A DNA stretch of 64,000 bases from a virus (IMGVR_UViG_2799112742_000018:32001-96000), one strand, 5' to 3'; positions 9,200 to 19,101 are shown, counted from the first letter of the stretch. Translations and numbers: made by a program. The notes: generated by a model not told the origin, from the sequence alone.

Positions 9200-9315
9200 A
9201 ATAAGAGACAATTCTTTCTTTACAACTCCATATTCAATCAGTGCGCTGCTCACTCACATACTGATACCCAAGCTTTATGAGAGAAACGTAAGGGCGCACT
9301 TTTCTTTTCGACATT

Positions 9316-9510
9316 ATGCAAAAAAGACTTATAATATCAATACTCTTCATTCCAGCCATTCTTATAACAATATGCTGGGAATTTCTCAGTTTCCTGTCAT
9401 ACCCGATTATAGCATGGATATACTGGATAAGAACAGGCAAGACAGATATAAGCCACATCTTCGACAAGATAGTACGTATCCCAATAGACACCTGGAAATC
9501 AATCTTATAA
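9316..9510 (+). CDS. small membrane protein
   Basis: 64-aa hydrophobic ORF, first gene of the rightward operon. Confidence 0.55.
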   Translation: MQKRLIISILFIPAILITICWEFLSFLSYPIIAWIYWIRTGKTDISHIFDKIVRIPIDTWKSIL

Positions 9511-9522
9511 AACAACAATAAT

Positions 9523-9963
9523 ATGGAACAAAGTCATTGCGAATTGCTAATCAATATCCTGATGGATAAGATAGCAGCCCTCGACTGTGAGAATAAGAAA
9601 CTCATAGAACAAAAACTGGAGTTAGAAGAAAGGATCGGCAAACCATTTGTCTTCAAAACACAAGAAGAAGAACTAACCGATCCCCAAGAAGTCCAGGAAC
9701 GCCTTATCAAGTATGAACGTAGGATCATGGAGCTTGTCAATATCGCCAACAAAGAGACCGCAAGGGCAAATAAGGCTGAAGCTGCTAACCAGTTTACAAT
9801 CGACAACAAACATACCTGTGACCACCAATACATTCAAGAGTATATCCTTGAACTGGAAAATCATGTGAAGGAACAACATACTATGCTTAACAGTAAGCAA
9901 AACCTTATCGACAAACTCGAAAGGAAAATCAACGACCTACAACAAAAACCAGAAGAAGAATGA
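9523..9963 (+). CDS. coiled-coil hypothetical protein
   Basis: E/K/L-rich heptads. Confidence 0.75.
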   Translation: MEQSHCELLINILMDKIAALDCENKKLIEQKLELEERIGKPFVFKTQEEELTDPQEVQERLIKYERRIMELVNIANKETARANKAEAANQFTIDNKHTCDHQYIQEYILELENHVKEQHTMLNSKQNLIDKLERKINDLQQKPEEE

Positions 9964-10151
9964 CAAAAGATGAATTTAACGCAATCTCATGGAACAGAAA
10001 GTCAGTAGTCTCAGATGACTACGGACATACTGGACATATACTTTCAGTGAACTTTGAGTATGGTATCATCCACTATGATGATGATATTAAGAAATGTTCA
10101 TTCGGCAGACATTACAGGGATTTAAGATACATGGGAGAACATGACAGATAG
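9960..10151 (+). CDS. hypothetical protein
   Basis: ATGA overlap with the upstream gene. Confidence 0.65.
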   Translation: MTKDEFNAISWNRKSVVSDDYGHTGHILSVNFEYGIIHYDDDIKKCSFGRHYRDLRYMGEHDR

Positions 10152-10593
10152 GGATAAGGCAATAAGGCTTGTGAACGCCTATTTCGATGGTGAGGAAATA
10201 CAGATGTTTGATCCCATACATGGAGTGGAGGAATGGGTATCAGCAGTAAACAACCCACACTACTGGAGCTATCTGGAGTCATTCTGTCAGAACGTCAACC
10301 GCTACAGGATCATCAGGGACTGCCCACCGCATAAGAAGAGATCACCGATTGTCAAACAATTAATAAAACTTACGACTATGAGCAAGAATCAGAAGAACAT
10401 GGTAAAGTTCCTAATAGCGGCAGCAGCTACAGGACTGTTACTCTATTGTGTTTCACGAGAGCCTATGAAAGTACAACACTTCATAGGAGCTGTGCTTTCA
10501 TTAATAACCTGGGGATGGTATGCCGTTCAGGTCTTCAAAGGCGATAAGGGAAACAATGAAATCTCAGAGAACAAAACGGAGGACAAGAAATGA
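10141..10593 (+). CDS. hypothetical protein with C-terminal TM segments
   Basis: 150-aa ORF overlapping its neighbours. Confidence 0.65.
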   Translation: MTDRDKAIRLVNAYFDGEEIQMFDPIHGVEEWVSAVNNPHYWSYLESFCQNVNRYRIIRDCPPHKKRSPIVKQLIKLTTMSKNQKNMVKFLIAAAATGLLLYCVSREPMKVQHFIGAVLSLITWGWYAVQVFKGDKGNNEISENKTEDKK

Positions 10594-10805
10594 ATACATG
10601 TGAGAAATGCAAGCATTGTAGTAGTATCCCGACCTACGATGGCAAGGATTTTGTCTATGAATGTCAGAAAGCATGTACCAGGGAAGTACTGAAAGGCTTT
10701 CGGGTTCCGACACCATGCAGAGAGATCAGAAATGTAGTTGGGGATAATTGTCCTGAATATGACAAAAGCCTGTGGAAAACTTTCCTACATTGGCTATTTG
10801 ATTAG
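10590..10805 (+). CDS. Cys-rich, probable Zn-binding small protein
   Basis: CEKCKHC plus further Cys residues; ATGA overlap. Confidence 0.65.
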   Translation: MNTCEKCKHCSSIPTYDGKDFVYECQKACTREVLKGFRVPTPCREIRNVVGDNCPEYDKSLWKTFLHWLFD

Positions 10806-10898
10806 TGTTTTTTGACTTTGTATAGTTAATAAGAGTTAAATTAACACATAAAATCAAAGAAAGTTGCAAAATTATTTTGTCGTTGTAAAAATAATACT

Positions 10899-11036
10899 TA
10901 CCTTTGCAATGCTTGATGATTGAGCCGCAGCTTTCTGATAGTAACGACATAGAATAGTCCCCGTAAGGGAATTAGAATACAAGAAGACTAAACGGCACTG
11001 TCTGCGACTTTTAGGTGCCTGTTTAGTCTCTTTTTT
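10899..11036 (+). promoter_or_regulatory. promoter plus leader attenuator
   Basis: TACCTTTG at 10899-10906; hairpin AGACTAAAC-GGCAC...GTGCC-T-GTTTAGTCT with T6 ending at the ATG. Confidence 0.65.
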
Positions 11037-12098
11037 ATGTCTATGATAAGACTTCGCATATCAAGATATTACCTCAATGGTATCTGTTATGGCATGGATA
11101 ATATTCTCAATGCCGTAACAGCTTCTTGTATTGCAAAAGCCGCACACTCATCATCAAGCATCCATTCCATCAGCATCAACAACCTTCAGGGCTTGCTTCA
11201 CACCAGCTTCAATACGGCTAAAAGCGTTTATGCCTCATTATTGAAACTGAGGTTTGCAAGACTGGAGGAAGTTGGTACTGATAAAAATATGATATTTTCC
11301 AGTCTTCAGAGAAAAGATAATAACGGATATGTCTATGTGTACGCACATGTAGATCATAATGGTGTGCATCTTTTCAACTATTCTGGAGAATACCCAGTTT
11401 TCGAGAATTGTCCGCAGACCTTCAAAGAAGCTAAGAATGTAATCCTTGAGCTTGCCATGTGCATGAAGACAGCCCTTTATAATCAGGCTGCTGATTCCGA
11501 AGAAGAGTGCAATGGTGAGGATCATGAAGAGGTGTCTCTGTCCGATATGGCACAGCGAGAGGGAATATATTGGAAGTTTTATGCTGGATGGTCTGAATTT
11601 TTCATAAATAAGGGATATAACCCAGATATTAAATGGAATATCTCAACCAAGACGAAAGATGATAAGGTTAAGAATGAGGAACAGAAGAACACCAGACCTA
11701 TAGCCCTGACGTTTATAGAAAAATCTTTCTTCAACAAAACTCAATCTCTCAGTACCATTAAGAGACTTATGAAGCAGGCTATTGATAATGGCTTGCTGAA
11801 GAAGTATGACAATGGCAGAATCCTTATCTACTACGAGGACACAGACACATTTACAAAACACCACGATCCTAAGACATCCTACCTCTTTGACAAGGAAGGA
11901 AAGCCAACGAAGCTTTTCTTCAGGATCAACAAGAGGGAAATGAAAATCAATGGTGATTTGAAAAAGGCACGTTCTACCCAGCCAAAAGTGACTGATGCGT
12001 GGAAGCAGCCTGGAATGAACTCGTATGCTGTCAAAGCGGTTGGAGTGCTGGACGGACTGGCCAAGCACTCTAAGTCTGCCACATTCTTCTTGTGTTGA
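11037..12098 (+). CDS. hypothetical protein, possibly a replication initiator or DNA-binding protein
   Basis: 353-aa ORF under an attenuated promoter, followed by a very AT-rich tract; function inferred from context only. Confidence 0.6.
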   Translation: MSMIRLRISRYYLNGICYGMDNILNAVTASCIAKAAHSSSSIHSISINNLQGLLHTSFNTAKSVYASLLKLRFARLEEVGTDKNMIFSSLQRKDNNGYVYVYAHVDHNGVHLFNYSGEYPVFENCPQTFKEAKNVILELAMCMKTALYNQAADSEEECNGEDHEEVSLSDMAQREGIYWKFYAGWSEFFINKGYNPDIKWNISTKTKDDKVKNEEQKNTRPIALTFIEKSFFNKTQSLSTIKRLMKQAIDNGLLKKYDNGRILIYYEDTDTFTKHHDPKTSYLFDKEGKPTKLFFRINKREMKINGDLKKARSTQPKVTDAWKQPGMNSYAVKAVGVLDGLAKHSKSATFFLC

Positions 12099-12278
12099 TT
12101 TGTACCATTTTTCTTGGTTCTTCCATTTTGAGCTATATGTAAATGATTATATCTTACGATATATTTACTGAGGATTAATGTTTATTTATAAAGTTCTTTA
12201 ATAATATTTTAAGAGTTATTTAAGGGTTTTTTAAGTTTTATTTTAATTCTCTTCAATTATAGCCAATAATAACATATA

Positions 12279-12692
12279 ATGGACAAATATTATATCTATA
12301 CTGACATCAGTAGCTGTAAATATGGAGGTTATATAGCCACATACGCAATAGCTTATAATGGCAATATGGTATATTCTGAAGGTGCATATCTTCCAAATTA
12401 CACAAGCCCTCGTAGCAGATTAGCAGTTATTGGTAGAGCAATGCAGCAAATTCCCAGTAATTCTGATGTTGTTCTTCAGACCACAGATGAATATGCAGTC
12501 TTTGCGTTTAACTTTAAGGGGTTCTTTAAGGAAAACATGAAGAATGCTGAAGAATTAAAGGTTATTTTGGAGAATAAGAGACGTATGAGGTCTTGTTATG
12601 TTCAAAAGTTAAAATTCCAGTATCTTCATGAATATTGTCAGAAGCAATGCAAAAAGATAAAGCATGATCTAAAGAAGAAAGGCTATTATTAA
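12279..12692 (+). CDS. ribonuclease H-like protein
   Basis: YIYTD N-terminal strand and TTDEY motif typical of the RNase HI fold. Confidence 0.65.
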   Translation: MDKYYIYTDISSCKYGGYIATYAIAYNGNMVYSEGAYLPNYTSPRSRLAVIGRAMQQIPSNSDVVLQTTDEYAVFAFNFKGFFKENMKNAEELKVILENKRRMRSCYVQKLKFQYLHEYCQKQCKKIKHDLKKKGYY

Positions 12693-12700
12693 TAAAAACT

Positions 12701-13246
12701 ATGGCAACAATAGATGAAATGACCACAACCATGAACAGGCTCATAGATTCTGAAGGATCTGTAAGTATTCCAGGTCTTGATTTCTCTTCAGTGGTTGACA
12801 ATCTGGTTGAGAAGAAATATGCTGATTCACTTTCAGCATGTGAAACGTCAACCGAGCGCATGGAGATGAAAGACAGGCTTTCCAAGTATTATACTGAAGG
12901 TGAAGGAAAACTGACAGTACAGACAGAGATAGCTTCTATCAAGTCTAATTTTTTAGCAGCTAAGGATCAGCTTTCCTTTGTAAGTGAGGCTGTGGTGGCT
13001 AATACGGCAAGCAATCTTCTACCCCCAATGATAGGTACGGCCTCACCTAACCCAGCTTATATTTTTGCTGAGAATAAAGTCAAGCTTAATCAGATGAAGG
13101 CGATGCTGAAGAATATCAGTGCTTGTATTGTTAATCTCCTGAAGTCTGCAATCAATCTGATGTTCCAGCTTCCAAGCTCTGTGATGGCTGTGATTGATAC
13201 TTTTGCAACGGTCAAATCAGCAGTAGAATCAATTCCAGTAGCATAG
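12701..13246 (+). CDS. helical hypothetical protein, probably late-expressed
   Basis: Preceded by CTATTATTAA at 12683. Confidence 0.75.
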   Translation: MATIDEMTTTMNRLIDSEGSVSIPGLDFSSVVDNLVEKKYADSLSACETSTERMEMKDRLSKYYTEGEGKLTVQTEIASIKSNFLAAKDQLSFVSEAVVANTASNLLPPMIGTASPNPAYIFAENKVKLNQMKAMLKNISACIVNLLKSAINLMFQLPSSVMAVIDTFATVKSAVESIPVA

Positions 13247-13277
13247 GTGTCTATTATTAAGAAAACATCATTGTGCA

Positions 13278-13667
13278 ATGGATTACACAACTATTATATC
13301 ATTCATCACTTCTGCCGCATTGATCGGCAGTCTGATATTAAATTGGGTTCAGTTTCGTGCCAGTAAAAGGGGCACACAGTTAGACAATTATGCCAAGCAG
13401 CTTGATCTGATAGTCAACCTTCAGAAGACCAAGGATCAGAAGTATCAGGAAGCCTTGAAAAATAAGGATCTTGAAATAGAGTCGTTGCGAAAGGATATGG
13501 TTAATATGCAGGAAAAGTTGGATCGTTATTCGGAACGATTAAACGTTCTGCAAAATGCAGTCAACAGACTCATAGGTGATGGATGTAAGGATTCTCAATG
13601 TCCAGCTAAGAAGCCATATACTATTGAGGATCTAACAGGAATATTGAATATAGAGCAAGGGAAATAA
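13278..13667 (+). CDS. N-terminal TM plus coiled-coil protein, holin-like
   Basis: One TM helix, a coiled coil and C-terminal CxxxxC; late motif at 13251. Confidence 0.6.
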   Translation: MDYTTIISFITSAALIGSLILNWVQFRASKRGTQLDNYAKQLDLIVNLQKTKDQKYQEALKNKDLEIESLRKDMVNMQEKLDRYSERLNVLQNAVNRLIGDGCKDSQCPAKKPYTIEDLTGILNIEQGK

Positions 13668-13714
13668 GTGTAAGGTTTTTATAAGGTAGAAAAGAAATTA
13701 GGTTTTTTATTGAC

Positions 13715-13750
13715 CAGCCGCCCATACGTGATGTACAGGCGGCTGTTTTA
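13715..13750 (+). terminator. intrinsic terminator
   Basis: CAGCCGCC/GGCGGCTG stem plus T-run. Confidence 0.7.
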
Positions 13751-13915
13751 TTGTTCCTTTTTCTTGAACCAGATACATGCTAAGTCATTCTCCTGAGCAT
13801 ACCCCTTAAAGGCTGCTGCATAGGGGCATTCATGGAAGACTTTCTTGCGTACCTTCTTGACTACATTACCCAGCCTGTCACATCTGCCACATCTTCTGAT
13901 GATTTGTTTTTCCAT
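13748..13915 (-). CDS. 55-aa Cys-containing small protein
   Basis: MEKQIIRRCGRCDRLG...ECPY...ACIWFKKKEQ; starts 1 nt after the upstream stop. Confidence 0.55.
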   Translation of the reverse strand: MEKQIIRRCGRCDRLGNVVKKVRKKVFHECPYAAAFKGYAQENDLACIWFKKKEQ

Positions 13916-13916
13916 A

Positions 13917-14468
13917 TTACACATATTCTTCTGCTTCCACCCCAGTCTTCTCAGTATATTTTATATCAAGAAGCTCAAGGGCTATTTCTTTAGGGTTGTT
14001 AATGTTCTGATCTTCCATTTCATTTCTGAAAGCTCGTGCTGCACCAGGGAGTCTGTCTTTCAGGATGTCGTTGAGTTTCTGAATGGTGTTGAAGTTAATC
14101 TTCTTCAACTTCCTTCTTCCCTCGTGATCCTGAGTTATAATACCCATGCTTTCAAGTGAATTGAGTACCGTTGTAATTGTGGTCTCAGATACCCCAAGTT
14201 CCTTTGCCAGTGTCTTTCTTCTTATCTGACAAGTAGAGTGGTTCTTTAACTGACTGAGGATTCTTGCGAATACCCTGATTTCTGAAGCAGAGAGATAATC
14301 TATCAGGACTAAGGGGATGGGTACTAAGTCACCTATAAACTGCTGCTTCTGATATATTGCTACATCAACGCAGTATTTTCTCTTAACCTGGATCTCTGAT
14401 AACGTAAGCTGCTGGTCGGTGCCGATTATATCCACCTCTCCCAGATTGATTTTATGTCTTTTTTCCAT
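13917..14468 (-). CDS. winged helix-turn-helix DNA-binding protein
   Basis: RKTLAKELGVSETTITTVLNSLESMGII. Confidence 0.75.
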   Translation of the reverse strand: MEKRHKINLGEVDIIGTDQQLTLSEIQVKRKYCVDVAIYQKQQFIGDLVPIPLVLIDYLSASEIRVFARILSQLKNHSTCQIRRKTLAKELGVSETTITTVLNSLESMGIITQDHEGRRKLKKINFNTIQKLNDILKDRLPGAARAFRNEMEDQNINNPKEIALELLDIKYTEKTGVEAEEYV

Positions 14469-14565
14469 AACTTGTTTTACCTATTTTACCAATAATAGAA
14501 AGTTTATTTGACTTTTTAGTGGGAAATAGGTAAAATTTTTGTATTTTTGTCGAAAATTTCACATT

Positions 14566-15456
14566 ATGAAGACAAAAGAACAAATAATAAGGCAGATAAA
14601 GCTATATAAGTTTACGGATGAGGAATGGCAGAAAGTCTATGCTTTTTGTAGGGATAACTATGGTACAGGCTTCAACAAACCTTTCAGGGGTAAATATGAA
14701 TGTGACTATCTCAAATTCATGGACTGGATGGATAATGGCTTTGGTTCTGGGGATCTCGTAAGGTGTGGCGATGATAGTGCCGCCATCATATCCTATGTCA
14801 TTGATGATAACGTGTACTATTGTGCGTATTTCGATATGGACGATAATCTTATAATCATGGAGGATAAACTATATAAGGCAAGGAATTTCAGTAGAGAATT
14901 GTTACCTGAGAATGAAGCCCATAAATTCTACGACATCATCAACCAGGCTGGGTATCGCATCTCGGTTATCAATGGGGTGATTTGCAAGAAATCACCTCTT
15001 AGGATAGGCGAGGCAAGGTTCTTCAGCTATCAGGGAAAATCCTTGTATGGAGTAGTTAAGGGTTATGATGATAATGGTGCTGTGTTTGGTTTCGGATATT
15101 CTGATGATACATTCATAAATAAGGAAATCAAGGTGCCAATGGAAGATGTGCATGATATTGTGAGTAGTACTGCGGAAGATAAGATGGATGAAGAGATAGC
15201 TGCCAAGTATCATGTAAGATGGCATCAGGCATTGAAGCGGCTATGCTATCTTTCTGCAAGAGCGCCTAAAGGTGGAAGGTACTATTATCTTACCGACAAA
15301 TTTACTTTTGCCGTTACAAAGGAGAATTACAGCAAAGTGTCGGATATGAGATATGAAATGGGGAACTATTTCAATTCATGGGAGGATATTACGGCATTTT
15401 TCATGAAGCTGAAGGCACTGAGAAGCGACATGATAGACAAGGGGGAAATAAAATAG
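14566..15456 (+). CDS. hypothetical phage protein
   Basis: Long ORF; ATG at 14566 downstream of a TATTTTTG box at 14542. Confidence 0.75.
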   Translation: MKTKEQIIRQIKLYKFTDEEWQKVYAFCRDNYGTGFNKPFRGKYECDYLKFMDWMDNGFGSGDLVRCGDDSAAIISYVIDDNVYYCAYFDMDDNLIIMEDKLYKARNFSRELLPENEAHKFYDIINQAGYRISVINGVICKKSPLRIGEARFFSYQGKSLYGVVKGYDDNGAVFGFGYSDDTFINKEIKVPMEDVHDIVSSTAEDKMDEEIAAKYHVRWHQALKRLCYLSARAPKGGRYYYLTDKFTFAVTKENYSKVSDMRYEMGNYFNSWEDITAFFMKLKALRSDMIDKGEIK

Positions 15457-15518
15457 GTAGGACTATCATCACTGACGATCCTACCCTACACAGTTAATTA
15501 ATGAAATTAAAACTAAAT

Positions 15519-16325
15519 CTATTGTTTCCTAACGAAGCATTTACTCAGTGTGTTGTACCAGTTGTCGTATGCTTCCATATCAGACAACTTTTCAGCCTCT
15601 GACTTTACGTTGTGGCTGTTGTTCCATTCCTTTACTTTATAATAGTCGAAAGCAAAGTATGTATTGAGCTTATTGGAATCATAAAGTTCGGTGGCAAAGC
15701 ACCCCTTAATCTCATCCAGTGGCAGCTCAAAGTATTCATATTCATGTTCCCACCATTCCTGGATCATATCATCATTGACAACGGCAGAGTAGGGGAGCTT
15801 CTTTATCCACATAGCCCAGCAGAACATGGCTATTTCCATATCCGTAAGCTTATCCCATTGTTCATCTGTACCTTTGGCATAAGTCATGACTTTCCAGAAA
15901 TAGAAGCGGTTTATCTTATATGAGTCGCTTTGTTCCTGATGGGTTTGTGCTACTTTCTTCCTGACATCAAAGACACCTTCAGCACATATTACAGAATAAT
16001 CATCCTCAGTTGGAAAACTGAACATCTGCCTTGCCTTTTCGATACTGAGGTCTTTGATTTTGCGGACTCTGTAGCCATTATCTTCAATCTTTATTGTCGT
16101 TCCCATATAGGCTGCGTTCATAAAGTCATCGTAACAGCTATCTATGTAGCGGTCTAAGATCTCCGTAGGCACCTTAGCACCCCATAGATCTTCATCCTCA
16201 TCCAGCAGTTCCTTGATACTGGAGAGAACGTATGCTATAAGGAGAGCGTGGGGATCACCAGCGTATTTTCTGGTGTTCTTCAGCATATCCTTTACTACGT
16301 CTGATGGATAATTGGGATATGTCAT
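15519..16325 (-). CDS. acidic/aromatic hypothetical protein
   Basis: 268-aa ORF in an overlapping operon. Confidence 0.75.
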   Translation of the reverse strand: MTYPNYPSDVVKDMLKNTRKYAGDPHALLIAYVLSSIKELLDEDEDLWGAKVPTEILDRYIDSCYDDFMNAAYMGTTIKIEDNGYRVRKIKDLSIEKARQMFSFPTEDDYSVICAEGVFDVRKKVAQTHQEQSDSYKINRFYFWKVMTYAKGTDEQWDKLTDMEIAMFCWAMWIKKLPYSAVVNDDMIQEWWEHEYEYFELPLDEIKGCFATELYDSNKLNTYFAFDYYKVKEWNNSHNVKSEAEKLSDMEAYDNWYNTLSKCFVRKQ

Positions 16326-16645
16326 TTTTTAATGGGGTTAAGTTGAACGTATTTGGGTTTGTTGTCATTCCCATCTCCAAGTATTGCCTGATTAAGCATT
16401 GAGAAGAATTTCTGCATATCATCCTTGTTTACTATCATCAGACCTATGACAGATGAGAACAGAATTGTTTTTGTTAGCTCATTTTGTTCCTCATTGTTGG
16501 CAGTGGCTGATGATATAATGGCTTCTATGACATCTCTGTCACCGCCATATTTTATCATGCTTACCTCATCGTTATCATCCAACATGAAACTGACACCAGC
16601 CAAATATTGTCCCATTGCCTCTTTTAATTTTTGATCCTTGCTCAT
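16322..16645 (-). CDS. hypothetical protein
   Basis: ATGA-coupled ORF. Confidence 0.7.
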   Translation of the reverse strand: MSKDQKLKEAMGQYLAGVSFMLDDNDEVSMIKYGGDRDVIEAIISSATANNEEQNELTKTILFSSVIGLMIVNKDDMQKFFSMLNQAILGDGNDNKPKYVQLNPIKK

Positions 16646-16956
16646 GACTTTAAGATTTTGTTAAGTTTCTTTATTTCTGTTATTAATGTTTCTTTCTTAC
16701 CGCCCACGCAGTTTTCCAGAAGCTTCTGCATGGTTTTGATTTCACCTATTGCCCATTCGATAACTTCTTGCTTAGTATCAAATGGAACAGCTTGAGCTTC
16801 CAGGGCTTCTATTGGAATCCACTTGTTATTGATTATATATCCCTGGTCGCTGTATAGGGTGTTCTTGATTTTTACACCAAGAGTCTCTTCTGCTTCAGAT
16901 TTCGTGGCTGGAATAGCCTCTACTATCTTGTTTACTTTGAACTTTTTATAGCGCAT
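16642..16956 (-). CDS. hypothetical protein
   Basis: ORF overlapping both neighbours. Confidence 0.7.
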   Translation of the reverse strand: MRYKKFKVNKIVEAIPATKSEAEETLGVKIKNTLYSDQGYIINNKWIPIEALEAQAVPFDTKQEVIEWAIGEIKTMQKLLENCVGGKKETLITEIKKLNKILKS

Positions 16957-17527
16957 CTTCTATGTTGAAATAGGGATAGTTTGTTATGTCTCGTATATCA
17001 ATAAATTCTTTGCAATTTTCAGAACCAGCCACATGGTCTTTAGGAAGAATATTGTAGGGGCCAATACCATATTCCTGCTTGTAATCATATCTGAAGCAGT
17101 GGTATCTGTCATAGCACATCTTTCCCTTACAATGTAGGACACCCCTTTTAAGTCTGCATAGATATTTGATGTCTATCCACCAGCCTGTATTGGGAAGAAT
17201 ATCCCGAAAGCGTTCTGGGATAGTTCCTATTGTCCATATATCATTGGAGAAACGATATGTGCCATCAGGGTGGATTATAAGTCTTTCCTTACCTTCACCG
17301 CCCAAGTGCATGCCATATTCTTTCCGAATATGTGGTAGGCATTTGTAGGCAACACCATCTATGATTTCCAGATCCTCTGGTCTGTTTCCTGATAGTTGTG
17401 CCCATTTTGCACATTCCAGACAAAGGGAATGATCCTTTGCATAGGAACCGAGTTTGGTTTTCTGCAATCCCATTGCCAGGAATTTCCTACCACATATCTG
17501 ACATTTTATGCCGTTTCTGAATAACAT
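16946..17527 (-). CDS. Zn-finger-containing hypothetical protein
   Basis: CQIC...CLEC near the N-terminus and further Cys clusters. Confidence 0.7.
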   Translation of the reverse strand: MLFRNGIKCQICGRKFLAMGLQKTKLGSYAKDHSLCLECAKWAQLSGNRPEDLEIIDGVAYKCLPHIRKEYGMHLGGEGKERLIIHPDGTYRFSNDIWTIGTIPERFRDILPNTGWWIDIKYLCRLKRGVLHCKGKMCYDRYHCFRYDYKQEYGIGPYNILPKDHVAGSENCKEFIDIRDITNYPYFNIEDAL

Positions 17528-17530
17528 ACG

Positions 17531-18112
17531 CTAACCTATGCAGTTGAATATATTGCCAATCTCATCATCACGCAATCCGAGATACACCATAGTTATTTCA
17601 GTATTGCTGTGTCTGAATATACGACAGAGAAGGATAAGAGCCTCATCAGTTCTCCCCATTTTGTCATAGATATATCTTCCGAGGGTTTTTCTGAATGTAT
17701 GGGAACTGAAGTTCTGTATCTTCAGGTCATATTTTTCCTTACATTGCTTCAACCATCTGTTGATATACTGGCGAGATATGGGCTTCCCATATTTATTAAG
17801 TGCAATTTCCTTATTGTAGTTTGGACTGCCAGCTTCATGATATAGGCGGCGTAACCTCTCTTCGGTATTCGGGCCTATGGTGATACGTTTTGTCTTCTTT
17901 GTCTTATGCTCTGTGATTACCAGATTGCGCTGCCCAAGTAGCTGACACCACCTAATAGTAAGCACATCGTGTATGCGAAGACCGAATGAGAATGAAGCTA
18001 TACAATAGGCTGCGCCTCGATAGTCACCATCTCTTTCCAAAGAATCTACCAGTCTGAGATATTCCTCGTATGGCAGATAGTCGCTTGTTGTTACTGATCC
18101 TTTCTTGCTCAT
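17531..18112 (-). CDS. tyrosine recombinase (catalytic domain only)
   Basis: GLRIHD, EHKTKK, HTFRKT and RHSNTEITMVYLG give the R-K-H-R-H-Y residues. Confidence 0.9.
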   Translation of the reverse strand: MSKKGSVTTSDYLPYEEYLRLVDSLERDGDYRGAAYCIASFSFGLRIHDVLTIRWCQLLGQRNLVITEHKTKKTKRITIGPNTEERLRRLYHEAGSPNYNKEIALNKYGKPISRQYINRWLKQCKEKYDLKIQNFSSHTFRKTLGRYIYDKMGRTDEALILLCRIFRHSNTEITMVYLGLRDDEIGNIFNCIG

Positions 18113-18137
18113 ACTCCTTTAGTTTTAATTTCGGTTG

Positions 18138-18195
18138 CAAAGATAATATGTTTTTTCTTAACCTCCAAATAATTTGTTGAATAAATAGGTTAAGA
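18138..18195 (-). promoter_or_regulatory. host-type promoter of the recombinase operon with an operator-like inverted repeat
   Basis: TATCTTTG (18138-45), TTTG (18166-69) and TCTTAACCT/AGGTTAAGA inverted repeat. Confidence 0.6.
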
Positions 18196-18328
18196 AAAGT
18201 TAATCAATACATAAAAGCTTCTTTCTGAATAAATTAAAGTATGTGCGTACATTATACATAATAAGAAAAAGCGCAGCTTATTCACATAAACTACGCTTCA
18301 CAATGAAGAAAAATGTACTTGCTGTATA

Positions 18329-18772
18329 TTACTTTGTGCCAGAATGTCCGAAGCCACCCCCACCACGCTCTGTATCATCCAGAGACTCGACCAAGCTCCA
18401 TTGAATTTGCTCGTGACGTGCAATAATCATCTGAGCTATGCGTTCTCCAGGTTTGATTTCAAATGCCTGGTCTGAGAGGTTGATGAGTAGTACCATTACT
18501 TCCCCACGATAGTCAGCATCCACCGTACCTGGAGAGTTGAGTACGGTGATACCATGCTTCAGAGCAAGACCACTACGAGGACGTATTTGTGCCTCGAAAC
18601 CTACTGGGAGAGCTATATGGAGGCCTGTTGGTACAAGCTTGCGTTCCATAGGGAACAAAATGATAGGACTTTCAATGTTAGCGCGGAGATCCATACCAGC
18701 GCTCTGAGGTGTTGCGTACATTGGCAATTCCTGATTGCCATTGTTTACTACTTTTACTAATGTTGTACTCAT
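18329..18772 (-). CDS. dut: trimeric dUTPase
   Basis: [28 protein letters not shown] and [10 protein letters not shown] motifs. Confidence 0.97.
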   Translation of the reverse strand: MSTTLVKVVNNGNQELPMYATPQSAGMDLRANIESPIILFPMERKLVPTGLHIALPVGFEAQIRPRSGLALKHGITVLNSPGTVDADYRGEVMVLLINLSDQAFEIKPGERIAQMIIARHEQIQWSLVESLDDTERGGGGFGHSGTK

Positions 18773-19101
18773 CTTTTGTATTTACTTTCTAAAATTATTT
18801 CATTCTTTTTCATATTTCTTGTGGCATAGATACGTCTGTCAATCCCCTGTTCTCTGTCAAAGTCAAGCAAGGTCAGAGTTCCCAGGTCATCACAATCCAT
18901 GATGTATTCCTTGGTATCCACTTCACGCCAATACATACCCTTTGCCGCTATAATCTTGCCGCTACACGCCTTAGCAATCATCTGATGAGAAACACCAGTT
19001 GTCTTTGCTGCCGTATAGTAGGAGCTGAACATTCCCACCAATTTAAGATTTGAGTCAAAGACTATAACGCTTTTGATATGGTCATTCTTCTTTTTGCTCA
19101 T
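18769..19101 (-). CDS. NUMOD1-like DNA-binding protein
   Basis: [25 protein letters not shown]...GMYWR. Confidence 0.7.
   Translation of the reverse strand: MSKKKNDHIKSVIVFDSNLKLVGMFSSYYTAAKTTGVSHQMIAKACSGKIIAAKGMYWREVDTKEYIMDCDDLGTLTLLDFDREQGIDRRIYATRNMKKNEIILESKYKR

Noticed and set aside
14475-14535. Invertible promoter driven by the tyrosine recombinase
   Set aside because: The 37-bp spacer is much shorter than typical invertible promoters; an operator is more plausible
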